A stretch of 64,000 nucleotides of DNA from an uncultured Oscillospiraceae bacterium. GTDB lineage: Bacteria; Bacillota; Clostridia; Oscillospirales; Ruminococcaceae. Both the position numbers and the translations under genes were made by a program. How positions within the stretch are numbered: position 1 is the first letter of the stretch; each line of letters opens with the position of its first letter. Location of the stretch: the NCBI GenBank assembly GCA_964391915.1, contig CAYMNV010000002.1, positions 52,531-116,530 on the forward strand, read 5' to 3'. This document shows, piece after piece, positions 55,357 to 63,025 of this stretch. Under the pieces are notes generated by a model that was given only the letters and a program-made list of their open reading frames with translations, was not told the DNA's origin and did no database searches.

Positions 55357-55872
55357 GTGAGAGCACAGCCCACCAAACTGCAGACAGGAACAGGGAGAAA
55401 GCGCCTGCTTCTTTTTTCAGCCGCGGCGCTGATTCTGTTGCTGGCTGCCGGAATTGTATACATAAAGAACGATGAGCCGCCGTATCGTCCGCCGCTTTGG
55501 GAAGAAAACGCCGTCAACGGCGTTCCCGAACCGGAGGAGAGCCTGAATTACGGTACGATTGAAACGGACGGCGGTTTGATCTTTGCGCTTGCCGGCACCA
55601 TGTACCAGCAGGAGGACGGCTCGCTTCTTCTTTATTTTACAAATCCCGAAGACAGCGGGGTTCTGATGATGTGCGAGATCCGCGGGGAGGGCGGCAAGGT
55701 CCTGTATCAAAGCGGGATGCTTTCTCCGGGGCAGTATGTCGAGCGCCTATATCCGCAATGCAAGCTAAAAAACGAAGCGATGAAAATTGAAATGAAAGTC
55801 TACGGCTTTGAGCCGGAGACCTATTACAGCATGGGTACGGTCACCTTGGAAAATACCCTGCAGCCATGGTAA
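55357..55872 (+). CDS. N-terminally anchored small protein, paralogous to the C-terminal domain of the GLUG protein
   Basis: GTG start 8 nt after GAAAGGA. Basic N-terminus plus TM (GRKRLLLFSAAALILLLAAGIVYI). Ectodomain shares F.NP..S, SG.(I/L).PG.Y.E.L and terminal beta-like strings with 53900..54367. Confidence 0.65.
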   Translation: MRAQPTKLQTGTGRKRLLLFSAAALILLLAAGIVYIKNDEPPYRPPLWEENAVNGVPEPEESLNYGTIETDGGLIFALAGTMYQQEDGSLLLYFTNPEDSGVLMMCEIRGEGGKVLYQSGMLSPGQYVERLYPQCKLKNEAMKIEMKVYGFEPETYYSMGTVTLENTLQPW

Positions 55873-55899
55873 ACATCCTAAAGAAAGGAGGTGAGGCGA

Positions 55900-58800
55900 A
55901 TGATGAAAACAGTAAGCCGAAAACTCTTTGCTGCGCTGATTGCATTCGCGATAGTGGGAACGGTGCTGCCGGAGCCTTCGTTTGCCATGACGAATACCAC
56001 CGTCAGTTCCATAACTTCTGCGACGGCGGCGGGTACGACCCTTTCCGACGGCTATACATATAAAGTGACCTCCAATGTCACCATAACGAACAACTCCACG
56101 GGCGGAAACGGCCTGAATATCGCATCCGGCGCAACGGTTGTCATCTATATCGCATCCGGCTATACGCTGACCGTAAAGGGCGGAAACGGCTCGGGCACAA
56201 TCGGCGGCGGCGCGGGAATTTATCTTCCAAACAATTCCATACTGATTCTTACCGGCGGCGGACGGTTGTCGGCGACCGGCGGCATGGGTACGTCGCCCGG
56301 CTCCGGATATTCCGGAGACTATGCGTATTTCACGGGAGACTGTGACTATCTGTATGGCGGCACCGGCGGCAGCGGCGGATACGGCGGCGGCGGAGCCGGC
56401 GCAGGAATCGGCGGAAACGGCGGGACCGGCGGCAGCGGCGGCAGCTACGGAACAAACAACTGGAGCAGCGGTTTTTTATGGAGTAAAGGGAACAGAGACG
56501 GAAATGCCGGCGGCACCGGCTATAGCGGCGGAAATGGCAGCGCCATGGGGACTTTATATGTTCTCGGAAGCGTGACGGTCTACGCCTATGCGGGTACTTC
56601 CTATTCCACTTCACGCGGGAACGGCGGATCGGGCGGCAGCTCTGTGGCGGGGTATTATACCACTTATGGCCAGTATGCCTCTGCCACAGGCGGTGCCGGC
56701 GGAGGCGGCGGCGGAGCCGGCGGCAATGCGGCAAACATCGGCGGCGGCGGTGCCGGCGGTGGAGGCGGCGGCGGAGGCGGCGGCGGAAGCTACCACTATA
56801 AAACCGGAGGGAGCTACTGCTACATGATCCGCGGTGGTTCCGGCGGCGGAGGCGGTGGAGCTTCCGGCTACGGCGGCTATGCCGGCGACCTCTCGACCGG
56901 TATCCGCCAGTATTGGCGCGACGGCTACTTTGGCAGCAATACGATTCAGTGGAAGGGCGATACGGGAAAAGCCGGTACAACCAGTGGCGGCACCGGCGGC
57001 GCCAGCACGACGCTGGATAGTTATTGGGGCGGTACCGGCGGCAACGGAGGCTCTGTGGGCAGCGGCGGCAGCGGCGGCAGCGTGTATGTGGCGCCGACTG
57101 CAAGCGTGACGACACCGAGCGGAAGTTCGGCTTCGACCGGAAACGGCGCCGCGGCCAGCAGGTCTTCCTATTCCGGAACACCTGCCGCAGTAAGCAATAT
57201 CCTGTATTTGAACAATACGAACAGCAGCAATACCGCGGCGGGCTCCAATGCGGCGAGCTATACCGTTGCTTACGGCAACGCGCTGCCTTCGGCGGTAACG
57301 GTTCCGATACTTCAGAATTATTCCTTTATGGGCTATTATACCGGGCTCGGCGGCACGGGCACACGGGTGTATAACCACCGCGGAGAAAAGCTCGTAAGTG
57401 AATGGAGTTGGACAAGCAACCTGACGCTCTATGCCTATTGGAAACAGAGTCAGTTCGTGATAACCTTCAACCAGCAGAACGGCACGGGCGGCACAAGCAG
57501 CATCATTACCGGCGTAACGATCGATGAGGGTACCGGGGATATCACCGATAAGGGTATCCTTACGGCGCTTTCAGTTCTTCCGACAAGGACGCATTACGCC
57601 TTTGCGGGATATTACGATCAGGCCTCCGGGAACGGAACCAAGTATTACAGTGCGGACGGTACGCTCACGAGCAGCGCCGTAAGGATCACCGAAAATAAAA
57701 CGCTGTACGCCTGCTGGACGCAAAACCAATATAGTGTGATCTTTAACAGGAACGGCGGGCTCGGCGGCACGGAAAGCGCCTATACCACCGGCACGGACGG
57801 AACGCTTCCTGCCATATCCGTTCCCACAAGAACCGGATATGCCTTCACCGGGTATTACGGCACGGCAAGCGGCGGGACCTGTTATTATGATGCTGCCGGT
57901 ACTGTGCAGAGCGCAAAGCTTTCCGCCAATACGACGGTGTATGCGAACTGGAGCGAGGCTTCCTATTCCATTACCTACAATCTTAACGGCGGAACGGCCG
58001 GAACAAATGCGCCGGCTTCTTATTCCTACAGCGTGGGGGCCGTCGTTTCCAATCCGACAAAAGCGGAGTATACCTTTACCGGCTGGCAGATCAACGGCGG
58101 TACCGAGAGAATCCGGAATTTTTCCATCTTGGCAAACGACGCGGGCTATGCGAAGAACCTGACGCTGGAAGCCGTATGGACGAAATCGGCCGACGTCAGT
58201 ATTTCGATCGACAGCGAAATTTCCGAAGAAGTACAGGCTTCCGCCAATACGAACAGCCAGCTTGAAGCGGTTTTCAATACCGTGGTCGGTGATGAAAACG
58301 GCGGGGTCACGGCGGACGATCTCTCGCCGGATAATGCCGTTTCGTTGAAACTTTCCGTCAGTGCGGCCGATCCGGAAGGCACCGCTTCATCGGATGCGGA
58401 GGCAATTGCCGATATCGCGCAGGGCAGTGCGGAAAAGTATTACGACATCCGCGCCATAAAAACAGTGATTACGGGAGAAAACAGCACAGAATATACCTTG
58501 ACGGAGATTCCTTCTTCCGTAGAGGTGCTGATCCCGATTAGCGGCGATCTTTCCGGGCGGGAATCCTACTTTGTCTACCGCTATCACGACGGCGTTGCGG
58601 AAAGGCTTCCTCTTGGCCCGCCGGCAGATGCATCCGACAGCGCGGAATACTACTATATTGATTCCGCAAACAGCCAGATCGTCGTCATGACGCGCAAATT
58701 CTCCACCTATGCGGTATACAGCTCCAACCTGTCCCTCAGCGGGGAAGGGTATTTCTATTCCGGGAACAACAATGTGGATGTTCAGGCGCGAATCGCGGAG

Positions 58801-59250
58801 GATACCAGCAAAGTGTATAAAATAGACATCGGCTGGGGAAGCATGAAATTCGTGTACTCCACGGACTCGGAATGGAATGTGGATACGCACATGTATTCGG
58901 AAGGCTCCTATAACGACTGGCTGCCGTCCTATTTCGACGCGGTAAACAATAAAATCACCATGCTGAATCACAGCAACGGTGCGGTAAAGATCACTCTGAC
59001 GGTCACGGAAAACGCTCTGGCCGGCGTCGGTATGTCGCTGCATCTGTATAACGAAATCACTTCCGCCGAGACGGAAAGTTATCTTCTTGATGCGGCCGCA
59101 GTGGGTGCCACGAATGAGGAACTGATTCCGGCGAATGCGTATCTTTTCCTGAGCGGAACTCCGGAGAGAAGCTGGATCAACGACGACGGGAACCTGACTT
59201 TTCAAAAGGTCGGCGTGATCACAGCCACCATTGAGCCATACGCGGGCTAA
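55900..59250 (+). CDS. Large secreted protein: Gly-rich region, four Listeria-Bacteroides (InlB B / Flg_new) repeats, C-terminal shared domain
   Basis: Track ORF from GTG 55891; ATG 55900 follows AAAGGAGGTGAGG. Signal peptide ..AIVGTVLPEPSFA. Gly-dominated stretch at about 56300-57150. Four B-repeats at about 57230-58190 (e.g. YSITYNLNGGTAG...YTFTGWQ...LTLEAVW). C-terminal domain at 58771-59247. No LPXTG, SLH or lipobox. Confidence 0.85.
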   Translation: MMKTVSRKLFAALIAFAIVGTVLPEPSFAMTNTTVSSITSATAAGTTLSDGYTYKVTSNVTITNNSTGGNGLNIASGATVVIYIASGYTLTVKGGNGSGTIGGGAGIYLPNNSILILTGGGRLSATGGMGTSPGSGYSGDYAYFTGDCDYLYGGTGGSGGYGGGGAGAGIGGNGGTGGSGGSYGTNNWSSGFLWSKGNRDGNAGGTGYSGGNGSAMGTLYVLGSVTVYAYAGTSYSTSRGNGGSGGSSVAGYYTTYGQYASATGGAGGGGGGAGGNAANIGGGGAGGGGGGGGGGGSYHYKTGGSYCYMIRGGSGGGGGGASGYGGYAGDLSTGIRQYWRDGYFGSNTIQWKGDTGKAGTTSGGTGGASTTLDSYWGGTGGNGGSVGSGGSGGSVYVAPTASVTTPSGSSASTGNGAAASRSSYSGTPAAVSNILYLNNTNSSNTAAGSNAASYTVAYGNALPSAVTVPILQNYSFMGYYTGLGGTGTRVYNHRGEKLVSEWSWTSNLTLYAYWKQSQFVITFNQQNGTGGTSSIITGVTIDEGTGDITDKGILTALSVLPTRTHYAFAGYYDQASGNGTKYYSADGTLTSSAVRITENKTLYACWTQNQYSVIFNRNGGLGGTESAYTTGTDGTLPAISVPTRTGYAFTGYYGTASGGTCYYDAAGTVQSAKLSANTTVYANWSEASYSITYNLNGGTAGTNAPASYSYSVGAVVSNPTKAEYTFTGWQINGGTERIRNFSILANDAGYAKNLTLEAVWTKSADVSISIDSEISEEVQASANTNSQLEAVFNTVVGDENGGVTADDLSPDNAVSLKLSVSAADPEGTASSDAEAIADIAQGSAEKYYDIRAIKTVITGENSTEYTLTEIPSSVEVLIPISGDLSGRESYFVYRYHDGVAERLPLGPPADASDSAEYYYIDSANSQIVVMTRKFSTYAVYSSNLSLSGEGYFYSGNNNVDVQARIAEDTSKVYKIDIGWGSMKFVYSTDSEWNVDTHMYSEGSYNDWLPSYFDAVNNKITMLNHSNGAVKITLTVTENALAGVGMSLHLYNEITSAETESYLLDAAAVGATNEELIPANAYLFLSGTPERSWINDDGNLTFQKVGVITATIEPYAG

Positions 59251-59725
59251 AACCGCAGGCACCGAAAAAGGGCAGGCTGCCGTATTTTTATTGCGGCGGC
59301 CCGCCTTTTTTATCCGGCAGAAAAAAATGCTTGGCCTGAAAACAAGAAAATCCGCATGAGCATGAATGCCTGCGAAACGGATTCCCTTGAGCATGCCCAT
59401 CCGCGTCGGCACCGCTTTTTGAGCACAGCCGGTGGCACATACAAAATATCGGTGATTTATTATAAAATTGATTATATATAATATCTAATTCGATGAATTC
59501 CACGGGGATAATTTTCTATAAAACGGAGAAAAATATGGAATGGGCTTGTTTTTCCAGCAGAAACTGTTATTATTATAATGTTCTTTTAACTTTTTATGAA
59601 AATGGAGCGAAGAGAAATGAAGCCCCGAAGTTCTGCCAACAGAACCGAATCCTGTAGCTCGTCCGCGGTGCGCAGCAGGTACTACGGGAAGGGCTGCTGC
59701 AACCATAAGCATAGACCGACAAGAT

Positions 59726-59761
59726 AAGAGCACCATTGCGGCGCTCTTTTTTCTTTTTTTT
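59726..59761 (+). terminator. Terminator/attenuator immediately upstream of purB
   Basis: AAGAGCaCC-attg-cGGcGCTCTT followed by TTTTCTTTTTTTT. Ends 16 nt before ATG 59778. Confidence 0.6.
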
Positions 59762-59777
59762 CAAAGCGGAAAGGGTG

Positions 59778-61214
59778 ATGGATATGCACGATTTCTATGA
59801 GAGTCCGCTGGAGGGTCGCTATGCGGGCGAGGAGATGAAGCGCAACTTCTCGGACCAGAAGAAATTCTCCACCTGGCGCCGGCTCTGGCTCGCGCTTGCG
59901 GAGGCGGAGCAGGCGCTCGGCCTCCCGATCACGGATCTCCAGCTCGATGAGATGCGCGGGCACCTCGACGACATCAATTTCGAGGATGCCGAGGCAATCG
60001 AGGCCGAGATCCGCCACGATGTGATGAGCCATGTGCAGGCCTTCGGGATGCAGTGCCCGGAGGCGAAACCGATTATCCACCTTGGCGCGACCTCCTGCTA
60101 CGTCGGGGACAACGCCGATCTGATCCTCATGCGGGACGGGCTGGAGATTCTGAAGAAAAAGCTCGTCAACATCCTTGCCGTACTGGCCGACTTTGCTGAA
60201 AAAGAGAAAGACCTGCCGTGTCTCGCTTATACGCACTGCCAGCCGGCGCAGCTCACGACGGTCGGCAAGCGCGCCTGCCTCTGGGCACAGGATTTCGCCG
60301 AGGATTACGAAGTCATCTGCGAGACAATCGCAAATATGAAACTGCGCGGCGCAAAGGGCACGACCGGAACGCAGGCTTCTTTCCTTGAGCTGTTCGGCGG
60401 CGACGTCAGTAAAGTAAAAAGACTTGACGGCATGATCGCCGAAAAAATGGGCTTTGAAAAGACCTTTTCCGTCACCGGGCAGACCTATCCGAGAAAGCAG
60501 GATTACCGGATCCTGACCGCGGTCGCCGGGATTGCGCAGAGCGCGCACAAATTCACGAACGACATCCGCCTGCTGCAGAGTTTCGGCGAGATCTGCGAGC
60601 CCTTCGGCGGCAAGCAGGTCGGTTCCTCCGCGATGGCCTACAAGCAGAATCCGATGCGCAGCGAGCGGTGCGCGGGCCTCAGCCGGTACCTGTCGAATCT
60701 GGTACTGAATCCGGCCGAGACCGCCTCCGAGCAGTGGTTCGAGCGGACGCTCGACGATTCCGCCAACCGCCGCCTTGCCATCTCCGAGAGCTTTCTCACG
60801 GCGGACGGCATCCTCAGTCTGGTGGCCAACATCGCCGGCGGGCTCCGCGTATTCCCGAAGGTTATCGCGGTCCGCGTCCGCCGGGAGCTTCCTTTTATGG
60901 CGACGGAAAACATCTTGATGGACGCGGTGAAAAAAGGCGGCGACCGGCAGGAGCTTCACGAGGTGATCCGCGAATATTCGATGGAGGCGTTCCGCCGGAT
61001 CCGGGAGGAGAACGAAGAGAATAACCTGCTCGACGTCCTTGCGGCGGACGGCCGCTTCGGTCTCGACGAAGAGAGCCTCAAGGCCAATCTGATTCCGGAA
61101 AAATATACCGGCCTCGCGGCGGAGCAGACCGAGGATTACGTAGCCGAGCTGCGCGAGACGATCATCGGGCCGAATCGGGATCTGCTCGGCATGAAGGACG
61201 AAGTCCGTCTGTAA
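59778..61214 (+). CDS. purB: Adenylosuccinate lyase
   Basis: Track ORF 59736..61214; start MDMHDFYESPLEGRYAG. Fumarate-lyase signature SSAMAYKQNPMRSE. Confidence 0.9.
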   Translation: MDMHDFYESPLEGRYAGEEMKRNFSDQKKFSTWRRLWLALAEAEQALGLPITDLQLDEMRGHLDDINFEDAEAIEAEIRHDVMSHVQAFGMQCPEAKPIIHLGATSCYVGDNADLILMRDGLEILKKKLVNILAVLADFAEKEKDLPCLAYTHCQPAQLTTVGKRACLWAQDFAEDYEVICETIANMKLRGAKGTTGTQASFLELFGGDVSKVKRLDGMIAEKMGFEKTFSVTGQTYPRKQDYRILTAVAGIAQSAHKFTNDIRLLQSFGEICEPFGGKQVGSSAMAYKQNPMRSERCAGLSRYLSNLVLNPAETASEQWFERTLDDSANRRLAISESFLTADGILSLVANIAGGLRVFPKVIAVRVRRELPFMATENILMDAVKKGGDRQELHEVIREYSMEAFRRIREENEENNLLDVLAADGRFGLDEESLKANLIPEKYTGLAAEQTEDYVAELRETIIGPNRDLLGMKDEVRL

Positions 61215-61485
61215 AAGCGGCCCGGAAGATCGGCGTTCCCTCCGAAGGAATGGACGAAGGCCGATAGGCCGGGGCACGAAAAATTCTTTATTTTAATAGA
61301 ACCCCCGGGGTATAAAAGGCAAAGCCGGGCTGTAAAAATAGTTTGGAAGAGCAGCTTTTTCCGCGGCACAGAGGGAGATTCGCCCGCAGGTGCCGCGGAG
61401 GAGAATTTTACTGGGAGAACCGGGGACCGCCCGCAGGCAAAGCGGGGCAGGTTTCCGCAAAAATATATTGAAAAGGAAGAAAATT

Positions 61486-62760
61486 ATGGTACACGCAATC
61501 GTTGGAGCTAACTGGGGAGACGAAGGCAAGGGCAAGATCACAGATATGTTCGCACAGAACGCGGATGTCGTCGCGAGATTCCAGGGTGGTGCGAACGCCG
61601 GCCATACGATCATCACCGATCAGGGAAAGGTCGTTTTGCACATTCTTCCTTCCGGCTCCTGCTACGAAAAAACGGAGAACCTCATCGGAAACGGCGTTGC
61701 GCTCGATGTCCGCAAATTCCAGAAAGAGATCGAAAACGTCCGCGCCGCCGGATTCAACCCGAAGGTGCTCGTTTCGAACCGCGCGCAGGTCCTCATGCCG
61801 TATCACGTCGATTTCGATAAATGGGAAGAGGAACGCCTCGGCGCGAGATCCTTCGGCTCCACCAAATCCGGCATCGCTCCGTTCTATTCCGATAAATACG
61901 CCAAGATCGGCATCACGGTCGATTCGCTCTACTACCCGGATTTTCTCCGAGACAGAGTCTCCGAGATTCTGGATCTCAAAAACCAGATCGCGCAGGCCGT
62001 CTATCATAAGGAACCTTATGACCTCGATCAGATCATGCAGGAGCTCGCCGAGTACGCCGAGATCCTGAAGCCGTATGTCTGCGATTCCGTCCGCTTCATG
62101 CAGGATGCCGTCCGCGACGGCAAAAACATCCTGCTCGAGGGCCAGCTCGGATCGCTGCGGGACCCGGATTTCGGTATCTACCCGATGTCCACCTCCTCCA
62201 ACACCGTCTCCGGTTATGGAGCGGTCGGCGCCTCGATCCCGCCGTCCATGATTTCCCGGGTCACCGCCGTCGTGAAGGCCTATTCCAGTGCGGTCGGCGC
62301 CGGCCCGTTTGTCAGCGAGATCTTCGGCGACGAGGCGAGCGAGCTGCGTGAGCGCGGCGGCGACAAGGGCGAGTACGGCGCCACTACCGGACGCCCGCGC
62401 CGCATGGGCTGGTTCGACTGCGTGGCCACCCGCTACGGGTGCCTGGTACAGGGCGCCACGGACGTCGCTTTCACGGTTGTGGATGCGCTGGGCTATCTCG
62501 ACGAGATCCCGGTCTGCGTCGGCTACGAATACAAAGGCGAGGTCCTGCGCGACTTCCCGACCTATCCGGTCCTGCTTGAAGCGAAGCCGATTCTGAAAGT
62601 TTTCCCGGGCTGGAAATGCGACATCCGCGGCATCCGCGAATACGGCAATCTCCCGCAGGCATGCCGGGACTATATCGAATTCATCGAAAAAGAGATCGAG
62701 GTCCCGATCAAGATCGTCTGCAACGGCCCGAGGCGCGAGGACGTCATCTTCCGCGGCTGA
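61486..62760 (+). CDS. purA: Adenylosuccinate synthase
   Basis: Track ORF 61390..62760; ATG 61486 gives MVHAIVGANWGDEGKGKITD (P-loop), GGANAGHT and TTGRPRRMGWFD. Confidence 0.9.
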   Translation: MVHAIVGANWGDEGKGKITDMFAQNADVVARFQGGANAGHTIITDQGKVVLHILPSGSCYEKTENLIGNGVALDVRKFQKEIENVRAAGFNPKVLVSNRAQVLMPYHVDFDKWEEERLGARSFGSTKSGIAPFYSDKYAKIGITVDSLYYPDFLRDRVSEILDLKNQIAQAVYHKEPYDLDQIMQELAEYAEILKPYVCDSVRFMQDAVRDGKNILLEGQLGSLRDPDFGIYPMSTSSNTVSGYGAVGASIPPSMISRVTAVVKAYSSAVGAGPFVSEIFGDEASELRERGGDKGEYGATTGRPRRMGWFDCVATRYGCLVQGATDVAFTVVDALGYLDEIPVCVGYEYKGEVLRDFPTYPVLLEAKPILKVFPGWKCDIRGIREYGNLPQACRDYIEFIEKEIEVPIKIVCNGPRREDVIFRG

Positions 62761-63025
62761 TCTTTTGAAAGAAACCGAATAAAAACGGCGGCGCACGGTC
62801 CGGCCGGAGCGGTGCAGAGCGCAGGCTTCCGGGATGGATTGGCCCGCCGTTTTTTTGCCCGGTCTTTCACCTGAACCGGGCGGCGGGGAAGAGCGCGGTC
62901 CGGCTGCCTTCGGCAAGGAAGATTGCCGCGCCGGCGGCAGAGATCGGGCGGCGGTGTTTCCAATCTGATAATCAGGCCCCGCCGGGGTACATTATGGATA
63001 TTGATTTCGTAAAGGAGACTGCAGC

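Larger units (their letters stand above)
50120..59760. mobile_element. Putative degenerate integrated island at the tRNA-Thr/Tyr locus
   Basis: tRNA-adjacent integrase remnant, arm-like direct repeats, and visibly lower G+C in the kinase/regulator genes (45-52% in the 60-nt samples I counted by hand versus about 60% estimated by eye in flanking core genes). Cargo is entirely accessory. Right boundary is not defined; no second att copy was found. Confidence 0.4.

Noticed and set aside
56330-57378. Track ORFs overlapping the Gly-rich region in other frames or on the other strand (56330..57181 -, 56611..57378 -, 56321..56575 +, 56588..56827 +).
   Set aside because: They are artefacts of GGC/GCC simple sequence (Arg/Ala/Pro-rich translations). 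The + frame of the large protein is continuous with a signal peptide and B-repeats.
59640-59700. tRNA-like fragment or attR copy marking the right end of the island (shares TGTAGCTC and CAGCAGGT with tRNA-Thr).
   Set aside because: Two 8-mers only. No cloverleaf can be drawn and there is no match to the tRNA-Tyr 3' end. Likely chance.
59598-59729. 43-codon ORF (MKMERREMKPRSSANRTESCSSSAVRSRYYGKGCCNHKHRPTR) in the purB leader.
   Set aside because: No SD for the first ATG and only a weak one for an internal ATG. The composition is arbitrary, and the region is more plausibly structured RNA.
61361-61440. ZTP (pfl) riboswitch upstream of purA, based on CCGCCCGCAGGCA resembling CCGCCTGGGCA.
   Set aside because: The 5' subdomain consensus (GACTGGCG, GGGTGGA) is absent and the 3' element has insertions. 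Not supportable.
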